Below are positions 26,677 through 39,878 of a stretch of DNA of 64,000 nt, piece by piece. A program made the position numbers and the translations under genes. This DNA is from Octopus bimaculoides (Eukaryota): positions 38,995,793-39,059,792 of the forward strand of contig NC_068986.1 in the NCBI RefSeq assembly GCF_001194135.2, written 5' to 3'. Position 1 is the stretch's first letter. Every line of letters starts with the position of its first letter. The notes beneath the pieces were generated by a model, which was given only the letters and a program-made list of their open reading frames with translations, was not told where the DNA came from and did no database searches.

Positions 26677-27470
26677 GGAAAGACTTCCTTTTGTACCCCA
26701 CCATAAAACTTTTTTTTTTTAAATATTACACATAGTGGAAAATTAATTTCCTATCATGTCTTATAACAATAATGATGAGAAAGTCATAAAAATGAAGAAT
26801 TACTATTCTTTTACTCTTTTACTTGTTGCAGTCATTTGACTGCGGCCTTGCTGGGGTACTGCCTTTAGTCGAGCAAATCGACCCCAGGATTTATTCTTTC
26901 TAAGCCTAGTACTTATTCTATCAGTCTCTTTTGCCGAACCGCTATGTTACGGGGACGTAAACACACCAGCATCGGTTATCAAGCGATGTTGGGGGGACAA
27001 ACATACACACACATATACATATATATACATATATACGACGGGCTTCTTTCAGTTTCCATCTACCAAATCCACTCACAAGGCTTTGGTCGGCCCGAGGCTA
27101 TAGTAGAAGACACTTGTCCAAGGTGCCATGCAGTGGGACTGAACCCGGAACCATGTGGTTAGTAAGCAAGCTATTTACCACACAGCCACTCCTACGCCTA
27201 TTAAAAAACTATTAAAAAACTTAATTTCTGTATTATGTATATTCATGTCCCAAGGTTAGGCAAATTTCATAATTAGGCAATTTAGGCCTTAACATTAGGC
27301 AAATTGAGACAGGAATATACATAATACAGAAATGAAGTTTTTTAATAGAAATTCTTAATTTTTATGACTTTCTCATCTTTATTATAAGACATAGTAGGAA
27401 ACCAATTTTCCACCATGTGTAATATCTTTTAAAAAAAATTTAGGGTGGGGGTACAAAAGTAAGTCATTCC
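26677..27470. mobile_element. Fold-back MITE with arms of ~160 bp, interrupted by a SINE at ~26791-27200
   Basis: The left arm (GGGAAAGACTTCCTTTTGTACCCC...GATGAGAAAGTCATAAAAAT, resuming after the SINE) is the reverse complement of 27310-27470. Confidence 0.75.
26791..27200 (-). mobile_element. Abundant tRNA-derived SINE with an internal microsatellite (representative copy; others ~1045-1205, 6385-8090, 8370-8720, 17445-18030, 21410-21570, 22065-22220, 27490-27660, 31250-31590, 43660-44030, 48165-48710, 55480-55705)
   Basis: Recurrent head GTGGCTGTGTGGTAA...GGTTCAGTCCCACTG and body AAAGCCTTGTGAGTGGATTTGGTAGA(C/T)GGAAACTGAAAGAAGCC. Confidence 0.85.
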
Positions 27471-28759
27471 ATACTTTGTAAAATTTATCTTTTACTTATT
27501 TCAGTCATTGGACTGCAGCCATGCTGGTGCACTGAAGGGGTTTAGTCAAACAAACCGACCCCAGTACTTATTCTTTAAACCATCGTCCTTATTCTATCAG
27601 TCTCTAATGTTGAACTGCTAAGTTTTTCAAGCATTGGTGGGAGACAAAAATACACACACGTGCATGCACGCACATATATATTCATTGGTCCTTCAACTAT
27701 GCACAGTTGGACCCATAAAATTAATTATGATCCGACTCTCCAGTGAAATATATATCAACTGCGACCGTCTTGTGTAGCTCCCATTCTAGTGGAATATATA
27801 TCAGTTGTCACCATCTTGCATAGCTCCACTTCATGCTTGGTGATGATCTCTTACATTAGTCCTTCAAGTGGGATTTGAACAAACTTCATTTCGTTAAAGT
27901 TTTCTCAACAAAATTTTTTTTAGTGTTCTTTGTTACAGAAAAGTTTTTCAGAGCAAAATTACAAACTTAATGTTTATTAAATAAGGGTATCTAATTTAGC
28001 CACAAGGGCAGCGAGGGTAGTGCTTAGTCAATACTATTAATCCCAGTGCTTGACAGGTACTTAATTTCAATTAGGAGGGATGGAAGGCAAAGTTGGCCTG
28101 GGCAGGATTTGAAATGAGAATGTAAAAATCGTAAACAAATTACGCAAAGCAATTTTCACGATACTCTAACAATTCTGCCAATTTGTCAAAACATTATTAT
28201 ATTGCTCTTTCACTTTTTGCTATAAATGTATTGTGATTAGTGAAAAGATTTAGTCATCATCATCGTCGTTTAACGTCCGCTTTCCATGCTAGCATGGGTT
28301 GGACGAGTTGACTGAGGACTGGTGGACCAGGAGGCGACACCAGGCTCCAGTCTGATCTGGCAGAGTTTCTACAGCTGGATGCCCTTCCTAACGCCAACCA
28401 CTCCGAGAGTGTAATGGGTGTTTTACGTGCCACCGGCACGAGGACCAGTCAGGCGGTATTGGCGACGGCCATGCTTGAAATGGTGTATTTTATGTGCCAC
28501 CTGCTCAGAAGCCAGTCCATCGGCACTGGCAACGATCTCGCTCGAATGTCGTATTTTTTTCACTTTCTCCAACCACCATGGAGACCATCAAGAATAATAA
28601 AAAGTTTCTAAACTGTGCAGATGAAAGCAACTTATAGATCAAGGAGAGCTTAAACAGTACATGAATACATTGGAAATATCCTTAAAAGAATGCACTTTCC
28701 TGCAAAGTGTTCTTTTCATACAGATTTGGAAGCGAAACAACAACTTTCCATGACTAAAC

Positions 28760-29570
28760 ATGGTTATGACCAAATACCAATAAGGTTAAAGCTGCCAAAG
28801 TAAAGAATACCACAAGACAAGTGATTGACTAACAGGGTCAGATCTGCTCATATTGCTGTAGATGCCATTTGTCAAGAACCACTTGAAGTTTGTTGCACCA
28901 TTGGTAGACTTAACATTACAGAAATGACCACTGCCAAAGAGTCTAACATCCTTAAAAGGCTTGGAGGATATCCATGATGAATGGAAAACTAAAGGAGGTT
29001 CAGAATAGTAGGATTTCCTCAATTATGTCAACGGATTTAAGTTGACAGAGGGAATTACCAGACACTTGAACATTTAGCTGCAGTATCACATGGTTTACAA
29101 TAGCATTAAGACTACTACAACAATTTAACATCATCCTAATGAGCCTTGAGCTATCTGCTGCTACATGTGTATGCATTTCTAACTGAAAAATCACAGTTAA
29201 CCATGTAGGATTTTTTGTGCAATGTAGGATAAATGTGATTATCTGAGACTGAATCCATTATTCATTATGGTAATGACTTATTTTGAACTAGTAATGACCA
29301 ATGCTACTTCTATAGTTCTGTTACCACATGGGTCATATATTAGCTATTTCTACCATATGACTCAAAGTATATGGAGAAAGGTATGCAGTTTAAGAGTATC
29401 TACTACACACTGGGGTGATGATTGAGTGAAACATTTTTGTGGGAAGTTGGAAATGACTGGTTTTTCTACCTATAGGTGGAGTAGTCAATGAGAGGGATTA
29501 TCTGATGGAGAATATACCTGATGCTGAAGGACTAGAAGGCCTGATGGATTATTTCCATACCATGTATCTA
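28760..29570 (+). mobile_element. Mutator-like (MULE) transposase remnant
   Basis: Manual translation from 29354 gives HMTQSIWRKVCSLRVSTTHWGDD*VKHFCGKLEMTGFLPIGGVVNERDYLMENIPDAEGLEGLMDYFHTMY, resembling the MULE segment CxxH.TQS.WRK...FC...AFLP...DYF. The left boundary is uncertain. Confidence 0.7.
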
Positions 29571-30673
29571 GCCCTTGTTGCATCCATTCACTGGTACTTC
29601 CTTCATTAAACTTAAGAAGTATTCCTCATTCAGTCAGTGAATGTTCATCAGCAACCATTGATGTGGAGTCTTAGCATTAACAACCTCTATGAAAATTGGA
29701 ATTTTGGTTTCTATGACCCCACAAGCTATCTAGAAAGCCATTGGTAGTATTAGAAAGGATCAATCTCTTGTATCAACAGCCCTGATTAAAAATTCTTGAG
29801 CTACAAGTGCTGTACTCACTTAATCCTGCTCTCTTCACAATAATCATCCACATCAGCATACACTGTTATTGTTATTGGCTAAAAAGACAGAACATCTGCT
29901 GGATTATGAATGCCTTTTATGAACTGTAGTTCGTAACTGGCATCTATTTTTAGTATCTAGTGAAGTATTATCAGTGAAAGCTTTTTCTTTTCCATTAAAT
30001 AATGTTAATAGTGGTTGAAAGTCACTATGTTAAATGGTCTTCCATTTACATTTATATAGAATTTATCATGTTAATACCACAGCAAAGCCTTCATTTCAGT
30101 TTGACAAATTTATTGCTTGATTTTTGAATGTGCCTTTGCTGTATAGGAAATAACATGACATTTGTCTCAGAAGTCATGTTGCCCCAATATGGTGCCCAAT
30201 CCAACAGAACTGACATCCTGTCTGGTGTCAAAGTTTGATGACAAAATATGTGATGTTATGTATTGTTTGAATTCCTGCAGTTTTTTCTCTTGTTTACCAG
30301 CCCATAGAAATTTTCTCTTCTACTTCTGTAATATATCTGTTAGTAGCTAAAAGTAATGTGAAAAAACAGGGAAGTTGAGTAAATTTAGTCAGTATTGTTA
30401 GACATTTAGAATGAATCATACCACACAAATCTTATCTGTTGGTTTTTAACTCACTAATTGAAATAATGAAGCAAAATATTGTAGTTGGTATTTCAGGGTT
30501 TAATCCCATGTTTTATTGAATGTTACTTTATAAATTACATCATCATTATCATCATTTAGTATCTGTTTCCCATGCTGACATGGGTTGGACAGTTTGACAA
30601 TATCCAGTGATCCACAAGGCTGTGCCAAGTTTCAGTGTTAACTTTGGCAATGCATTATACTGTATACTGGCTG

Positions 30674-30707
<34 letters not shown>

Positions 30708-32445
30708 CAATGGCACTAGTGAGGTTGCCCAAGTAACTTGTAAGACAGAAAAAGAACGGGGAAAAGGAAAAAAAACATTCATTACTAAGTGGGGGAGCAT
30801 TTACGAGGGAGGTGGCTTTATGTTATGTGTTAAATGATTAAAGTATCATAGAGGGCAAGCACAGGTGTCTTGCTATAAAAGGGGATACATAGCTCTTCCA
30901 CATTATGATACGGGTGGGTAAGAGTAGGTGAGAAGGAGATAACATCATTACTGAATGATTTCACTGTACCATCAACTTTTATTTTGTTTTAGTTGACCAA
31001 TACCTTTAAGTTGAAATACAATTCATCATCATTGATTAACAATTTTTTCCCATATAATTTATAGTGATTGGCAATTGTTTTTCACCTTGACATGCATAGA
31101 AGTGTTACTTAAGTTGAGAAATAGTGAATTCTTTCCTTTGCTTAATTTGGAAATACCTTTTCAAAAAAAATTTTTTTTTTAATGAGTAGCAAATTTTCTA
31201 CTTTGCTGGATGCAGAAGACCAGAAGAGAATTGAGATTTGGAACCATATTCTTTTACTCTTTTATTTGTTTACATGTTTCGGTCATTAGACTGCGACCAT
31301 GTTGGGGCACTACTTTGAGGTATTTTAGTTGAACTAATCGACCCCAGTACTTATTTTCTTTTTAAGCCTGGTACTTAATCTGTTGGTCTCTTTTGCAAAC
31401 CGCTAAGTTACAGTGATGTAAACACACCAACACTGGTTGTCAATCTGTGATAAGGAACAGACACAAACACACAACAAGCTTCTTCCAGTTTCCATCTACC
31501 AAATCCACTTGGTTTGCCCGAGGCTATTAGTAGAGGACACTTGTTCAGAGTGTCACGAAGTGGGACTAAACACAAGACCATGTGTTTGAGACCCATTCAG
31601 TGTATGATAACTTGAATGTCTTTCCTGCTAACGTGTAACAGAATCGCTTTTGTATTATTGAGTCAATTCTCTCAAGTGTGGACCATTGTAAGTGTGAAAA
31701 TTGTAATGTTGAGCTCTGAGGGTCCGGGGAGATTGTTGCTATTATATAGCACTGTAAAACGTGTATATAAACGAAAGCCTTAGTTGTAAGGAGTCTTTGA
31801 TCTCTGGAAGACTGCTTTATTAGAAAAAAAATAATAAAGTCCCTTTCAATGAAATGATAACCGTGTTACTGAATGAATAGTAACTGATATAGTGTGTGAA
31901 GCATACAATGCTGCCATATGATTGTTAGAAATGATACTTATTTCAACAATTCTGGAAAGATGAAAGTTAAATCTGCGAAACTAAATATTGCTTAGCATTC
32001 AATCCGGAAGCTCTATAATTTCTGTCAAATCACTCAACTTATTACGTAGGTGACTATGAATTTCTAAGATAGGCACAATGCTTCAAATTCGGGATGGGAA
32101 TATAATCATTTACATTGATCCTAGTATTTGACTGGTACTTTATTTTATCGATCTGGAAAGGAGGGAAGCTGAAGTTAACCTCAGTGAGATTTGAACTCGA
32201 AACAAAAAAAAGAGCTGTAACCAAATATTTCAAAGCATTTTGTCTGATGCTCTAACGATTTTGTTAATCCATCGCCCGAAAAGTCAGAAATTTTGAATTC
32301 GGAAAATGACAAATCTACTTGGGAAATATTAAAGAAACAGTTTTAAACATATAAAAAGAAAAGGATCAGTTCCACCTAGTTTTAGAAATGGAAGTTAAAA
32401 TTTACTACAATTACATGAATAATCGGTATTCAAGAATGCCGAATA

Positions 32446-32482
<37 letters not shown>

Positions 32483-32539
32483 TTTATTTAAAAGCAGCAG
32501 AAATATAACAAAAAAACCGTTACTCTGAGTTTCACGTTC

Positions 32540-32573
32540 CCGATGAACGGGAACGTGAAACTCAGAGTAACGG
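32540..32573 (+). ncRNA. Variant minimal hammerhead-like motif at the centre of a fold-back
   Basis: CCGAUGA ACG-GGAA-CGU GAAA CUC-A-GAG UA ACGG. The core has a U4-to-C change and the 5' strand of stem I is replaced by the inverted arm. Confidence 0.45.
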
Positions 32574-33769
32574 TTTTTTGTTATATTTCTACTGCTTTTA
32601 AATAAAGCATATTACTCTACCTCTGGTATTTGAGTACTCTTTTTTCCACCTTGTTGCACATTCCATGTGCTTACTCCGGTATATATATATATGTACACAC
32701 ACACACACATAATCAAACATGATGAATGAAAGCGATTCAATTAATTATAATTTAAAATTCTATATAATCACCTTAAAATCTGTTTTCTTTCTCTCTATCT
32801 CTCTCTCGAGTACAACTCTTTCTAACTTCTCCTTCCTGATAAGCTTAATTTGTTGTGTTGTGAAATGAAAATCGTCTTATGATTCTGACTAAGCTGCATG
32901 ATTCTCTTTTGGGTCGCCTGATCAAAAAATCAGTCAACAGCAGTAGCCGATTATTATTATTATGTCATATTCAACCAACCTGTTTATTAAAATAAATAAA
33001 ATATAGTTGTTTAACCCTAGGTCAGTTCGGATTATGCATATCTTTGATGAAAGTTTCTCAGCCATGGTCATCCCATGTTTTCAGACATTATACCTAGAGC
33101 TAGATTATCCAATCTATCCCCGCTTTTTAAAGAATATTGGGGTTCAAGGGCAACTTGGCTGATATATCTAGCAAGTCGAACGACCACGTAGAGCCGGTAA
33201 TTTTTCGTTAGACATGCTATTCAGAAAGTCCCGCGGATCGCAGGTTGCCCATAACTGATATAAAGTTACCTTCGTTTACGTGTCCTTTATTTAAGTTGTA
33301 AGCACATGATTTGAGAGAGATTTGGTTGCTATTTCTAGAAAGATTAAGTTGGAATTTAAAACTAGAGAATAAGTTTAATATCTTTACGTAAATAAACCTC
33401 TACAAAAATATCAAATAAAAGAATGTGTGATTAACTTATTCCCAAGTTACCAATTGTATCCCAGTTTTTTTCCTAGACTATTTTATTTAATATTTATTAT
33501 CGTTCGTTTGAAACTTCTACTGCGAAAAATTTAGTTTCTGTGCACATGGGCAGTGTTAACAAGTGTAATAGAAAACTATCAAACTTAATTTTTCCTACTA
33601 TTATAAGTTGCTGCTTTCATCGAAGAGTCGCTAATTGAGGACTTAAACATCCTATGTATTCTTTAAGAGAAAGCATAATCACTTTCTTATTTGAATTACT
33701 GTATTTTTGAGACAATGCCATTTGAGTGTCTCCTATCAGTTTTATTTCTTTATAATTTTTTGAAAAATT

Positions 33770-34125
33770 TAAATTTTTTAATGAAATTTTTTACAGTTAC
33801 CTTTCAGATGGTGCAAGTTATAATTATATTGGAATCAGTTTAAAAAAAAAAAAGAATTGGTGGGTGCGCCTGCGACCACACACGCTCCTACACACAGACA
33901 TGAAAAAAATATGCGATGTGTTCGCNNNNNNNNNNNNNNNNNNNNNNNNNNNNNNNNNNNNNNNNNNNNNNNNNNNNNNNNNNNNNNNNNNNNNNNNNNN
34001 NNNNNNNNNNNNNNNNNNNNNNNNNNNNNNNNNNNNNNNNNNNNNNNNNNTTTTTTCACATTAAATTCTGATATAATTGTAATCTAACACCATCTGAAAG
34101 ATATTTGTTGAAATTTTCATTAAAG
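33770..34125. mobile_element. Fold-back element spanning an N gap
   Basis: AATGAAATTTT...CTTTCAGATGGTG...ATAATTATAT is mirrored at 34070-34125. The outer ends are uncertain. Confidence 0.5.
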
Positions 34126-36662
34126 GATATCCATTTTTTTCTGAAAGTGTTGATGAGGAAACAAAGTCGAAGGGAGGGGCGTGTGTCGGTATACTTTTTG
34201 TTGTAATTCTATCCTAAGGTAGGAATAAAATAAAATTTAATTAGTTTTTCAAAAATAACTTCAGTAGCTAGTATTGAACAAACAGGGTTGTTATTTCGAA
34301 ATCTTTTCTCTGATATGAAGTTACAGAAATCTAAACCTAACTTGATACTAACAGTTAAAATTCCCTTTTTATTTATTTATTTTACTGTATGTCTCTTCTA
34401 ATGTACTAAGTGCTGACGCCCTTACCTAGTTGTGCTTTCAGTGTCACATGTCTTTGTCTCAGATTTGTAGTACTAAGAACTACTTAAAATGCTTATGCGA
34501 AGAAAACTCCCACAAATTTGTAATAAACAAAAAGCTTAGACTGGTACGAGGAAGGGGAACTTTAGTAAACATGAAAGTTATAGTCATGTGAAGTTTAACA
34601 TAAATGTAAGATATTCTTAAAGATGGGAAGAAAAATAAATACGGAGAGAACTGTTTGAGGAAGAGATATAAATAATCATCAAACACTCAAAACTTCTAAA
34701 ACTTCACTTCTGCTGACAGATAATATGAAAATGATTGTAAAACTACTGACACTTGAAACATATTCTCAGAATTTTATATATAACGAACCAACGAAAGAAA
34801 AACATAATTTGAATGACATTTGATTTGTGAATTAGTTAAGATTTAAAGTAACTGATAGTACGCCATTATAAGCTTCAAGTTGAGAAACAAAAAATGAAAC
34901 AAGCTAACGGATTGGCACTCGAAAGATTAACATATCTGACTATCACTTGCGTGACAACTGTGAGCGATTATATTCTAGAACGGCTGCCTTGTCATACTTT
35001 CAATTTAGACAACTTGTTGCTGTTTTAATTGTGCTACAAAATACATCTATATATTTTAGCAAGCTCCGTATGTATTGACATGTAAACTCATTGGGCGGAG
35101 GTAAAGAATACGTACACCAACCGTTTTGGGCGTAAAAAAAAATCCTAAATCTAACCAACGGGTGTACATATTCCTTACTTTCGCCATACATTGTCTTTAT
35201 ATGCCGTGTTTTCGTGGAGAGAAAGTAAGGGCCCAGCCGGACCCGTTTCGATCAGCAGCAACTCAGTACCCTTTTTAATTTATCCACAGAGAGACTGTTT
35301 CGTACCACTAAGAGTTTAAGGATATTGGATAGAACAATTGACAGTTACATCTGTTTATAAGTTAGTAGTGTGTTAAACCGTTTGTTTCAATATTTATATA
35401 TATAAACAGATACAAACACCTTGCCTTCAGTATCTTTGTGGAGTGAAAAAGAGCTATGTTAACTGTATAATTTCATTTTCTCAATGTAACGTCAGTGTGT
35501 CGGACATACATTGATTCATGGAGATATCAGTACAAACATTGAACCTAAATAGGAAAACTCACTGTGCTGAACATTAGCAATAGGATGGCCTAACTTGCTG
35601 GCACTGATTGACTAATGATTTACCTTGCAGGGATAAAATAATAGAAACAAATTATAGTATCTGATCTGGAAAATCAGAATGGTGGGTGTTTTCTCATGTA
35701 ATTACTAGTGTCTTTGTCTGGCAAGCTCTTGATATATAGGGCAAGTTCCACTTTTCTAACTCAAATTCATGCTTGTATTATTGATCTAATCATTGACATT
35801 TGATATATTATTATCTGCACTATTACATCTCTGAAGGTTGTCTTTTTGAACTCACTTGTGAGTCTCATACAACCAAGGGCAGGTTTGGCTGTTCAGTTTT
35901 TCTAAAATTTTATTGAAGCAATCCAAGAACAGTACCTCTCAGCCATGTACTAGCTATATAAAATGTAATTCAAAGCCCTCTTTTCTCAGCAAGGGAGAAC
36001 CAACTGTCTTGTTTCTTTTTTTTTCAATGAGCTCACCTTGAACAAACACCCAGTAATATCAGTTGTTGTTTACTCTCGTACCAGTTAGTCTTAATATGAG
36101 ATACATTTCAGCTGAATGAGTTGTTAATTTGCTGTATTTCTATTCTGCCAGGTTACAAACATCATATGTTGATTTTCTTTCTTTTATCTCAGCAATATTC
36201 TACATTCGTACTACACACGGACCACAAAGAAATTTATTTTGAGAACAAATAGAAAATGCCCTTTCTACATGTTTAACTTAATCTTGATTTTTTTATATAT
36301 GGTAATTGATGAATGTTAATTTTCTCTATACGAGTTGTTGTATTATTCAAACCTGTATAATTCAAAAAGTTTTAATACAAAACTTTTACAAACTCTTGGA
36401 AGTAAATACTGGTTGTTTAACCATATTGAATTATCATACCACTTAGAACAGTAGAGGTCTTTTTTTTTTTTTTCAGGTGGTGTGTGTATGTATGTATGGA
36501 TGGATGGGTGGTCTTGAAAGGGTAGAAAATCAGAGTATTTCCAATGCAGCACTCAACCTGTGCTCAAGGAGACTCAGGGTAGGTTAAAATTCTGTTGGCG
36601 TAGAAATTCTAGATACCACACTAGTAAATCCAATGTCTGGGTCTATTGAAGAGTAAAACATA

Positions 36663-36954
36663 ATCCAAATAAGAAGAGAAAGAAAGAGTTTAGCATATCT
36701 TTAAAGACCAGTTTACCATTATTTCAGTATCGCTGTTTTTAATGCCGTTGCATGCAAAAGTTCCATGTGAAAAGTTATGTGATATTTGTGGTTTTAAACA
36801 TTAGAGTGGCACTTCATCAGACTTGCATTAACAGGTGTGCTTTTACATTGCGCACAATGTAACTTTTCACATGGAACTTTTGCTTGCAATGGTACTGAAA
36901 CAAATGTAATTGGTCATTAAAGATGTGAGAAACTCTTTGTCTTCTTATTTGGAT
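36663..36954. mobile_element. Fold-back MITE with arms of ~100 bp
   Basis: ATCCAAATAAGAAGA...GCAAAAGTTCCATGTGAAAAGTTA is mirrored by TAACTTTTCACATGGAACTTTTGC...TCTTCTTATTTGGAT. Confidence 0.75.
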
Positions 36955-39507
36955 CATAAACTTAAACTCTGCATATTACTGATATAATAAATGTTACCGA
37001 TGGGAAAGATTGCAATATTTGAACTCAGTATGTTAGTTTTGTTGTTGCAGTACCAGGAGACCATTGCACAGATTATCTTGCAGTATTTACCTATAACTCT
37101 TTACATACTTGGTTCAAATACTACCAGGGTCGATTTTGCTTTTCACACTTCCAAATTTGAGAAAATATTACCAGTCAAGCACAGTGTCTATATAATTAAA
37201 TTTACTGTACCTATAATCCAAATATGAAACTTTGTGCCTATGTTAGAAATCAATTTTAGCTACAGTAGAAGAATGTCCTATCCTGGAGTTGATTAATCTC
37301 TCATATGCTTAATACCATGAATCAAGACCTCAGCTAAGCCCTTAAAAGACTCTCAGGACTTTGGTGGCATTTATATATTTTATCAATGTTGGGCTTGCTT
37401 ATCCAGGTGAACTGACTCAATGTAGAATAACATATTCTACTTTGAATCACAATGAAACACATTTAGAGGGTTTAAACTAATGACCTATGAATAGTGTTGT
37501 CCAATACATTATTCATTCAACCATATTGCATCTATTTTCACATGAAAATTTCTCAATGTATGAAATCCACAGCCTATCTTTGATTCATGATTACTGTACT
37601 AGTGACTTTTAAAAGTGTATGAATAGAATGAAAATTTAATTTTGTTTTCTAAACGTATCAGTCTAGATCAATGGTTCCCAAAGTGAGCAGTACTGCCCTC
37701 CTGAGGGGGCGGGGAGATCCAGGGTGCATTGAAGAAAAGTGGGGTGATAATGGGTCACCAAAATGGGGTGATGGATGTATGAACAACGAAATGCTTAACG
37801 GCATTTCTTCTGATTTCAAATGTTGCTGAGGTTGACTTTGCCTTTCATTCTTTCAGGTTTGTTAAAATAACTACCCTTTAAGCCCTGGGGGTGGTTTTAT
37901 TGATTTACCCACTCTCCTGCAATTGTACTAAAATTTGAAACTGTTGTTGTTGTTGTTGCTGCTCCTACTGTTGTTTATCTAACCAAATGCATTCCATTGG
38001 TCTGAAAAGGTCCATCTGCTACGAACACCTGTGTAGAGGATTCAGTATACTGTGACTAATGATGCACCGATAGTGCTATTTGTCTGGCATCTTTTGCTGT
38101 CTGAAATGTTGTCAAGTGCTCACAGCTCTCCAGCCAGGCAATGTGGATGGTAGTACATAAACCCTTGCTTTCTGTAGAGGATTAATGGCAAGCAAGACTG
38201 ATGACATTCTCAAGGAGACTCAGGTGAACATCCATTGGAAAGTCTATTCTGAAGGACTTTCAGAGAGGGGACTATGGAGAACTCTCAGAAATCCTTGATT
38301 CCTGATTTGGTGTTGATTCAGCTGTACCTTTGGTTCAGGATAAACTCTGCAAGTACAGAAATGCCATTAGCTGGACCTGTACAGTGGTGAAATTGTTTTG
38401 TATGTTTTTGTTCAGTATCTGAATATTGTTGACATATGTGGAGTTGTTGTTGCATGTAGCACAGCATTAGCTGTCAGGCAAGTTCATTGTGAAAATCACT
38501 CTATCAACTTCCTTTGATCAGGAAAGGCAGCTATTTTCTTCTGTTTAGTAACTATGGTGTAAGAAGTTGCATGGTTGACAAGATTAAGAGTAACTTTCCT
38601 CTTTGGCCAAGTCAAATATTCTGAAAGGAAGTGAGAATAAAGACCTCCAGTAAATTTGCTGAAATATGAATGAGAGTGGCAAATGTGACTTGAGTGAATA
38701 GACCCTACTTTTGACATGTACCTAAAGTAGGGTCCATGTGCCAACAACTAGAAGAGGAGGGTACTTAGCAAGGACCATCAGGGTCTGTGGGTATCTTTGA
38801 TTGATCCTGGGTGTTGTTCTGTAGGACTATTTCATTTCATTTTTACTGTTATTTCTTATGTCTGTTTTCTCCTTCTCAATTCTATATAAATCCCCACTGC
38901 TTTTGTAATGTGTTCTTGTGATGTTTCCTCTCTTGACATACTAGTGATAAATAAAGAAATTATTATGAATTCAAATCCCACTGTGAACTTTGACTTTCAT
39001 TCTTCTGGCATTGATAAATTTAAGTACTAAAGTACTAGCTTTGATATAATTAGCTATAACCACCCCAAAATTTATGCCTTGTGTTTAAGTCAGCATTGGA
39101 TAAATTGTCTAGCAGTATTTGTTGTAGAAGGAGTAGAGTTTGCTTCTATATAATTCTTCTTTATTCTTGAAATTTTAAAAACCATCTTAATTTATTATAA
39201 ATAGTAATTTATTATAAATAGGCTTCCCAGGTGTTGGTGTTCAGAACCAGTGGATCAGAGCACACACACTATCCTGAAAAAAAAAAAAGGGTATGGGATG
39301 ATCACAACTAAAATGTTTTATATATTTTTAAAAAATTTTATATCAGAATTTGTGAACAACAGCACCATTGCTTATAGGCTTCCAATGAGCTAAACACTGA
39401 TTTTATGTACCTGATACCTAGAGTGACAAAAGAGTGTTTAATCCTATGTATGAGATTTTATTCATTAAGCACTCAATGAGACACATGGCTATCCCACTTA
39501 TAAGAGT

Positions 39508-39878
39508 TGTTGTTGTTGGCACTCCGTCGCTTATGACGTCGAGGGTTCCAGTTGATTCGATCAACGGAACAGCCTGCTCATGAAATTAATGTGCAAGTGG
39601 CTGAGCACTCCACAGACACGTGTACCCTTAACGTAGTTCTCAGGGATATTCAGTGTGACACAGTGTGACAAGGCTGACCCTTCGAATTACAGGCACAACA
39701 GAAACAGGAAGTAAGAGTGAGAGAAAGTTGTGGTGAAAGAGTACAGCAGGGTTTGCCACCATCCCCTGCCGGAGCCTCGTGGAGCTTTAGGTGTTTTCGC
39801 TCAATAAACACTCACAACGCCCGGTCTGGGAATGACCGCGAGTCCACTGCCCTAACCACTGGGCCATTGCGCCTCCAC
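39508..39878 (-). mobile_element. tRNA-derived SINE with (CAA)n tail, young copy
   Basis: TSD TTATAAGAGT at 39498-39507 and 39881-39890; near-identical to the inverted copy at 40304-40685. Confidence 0.85.
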
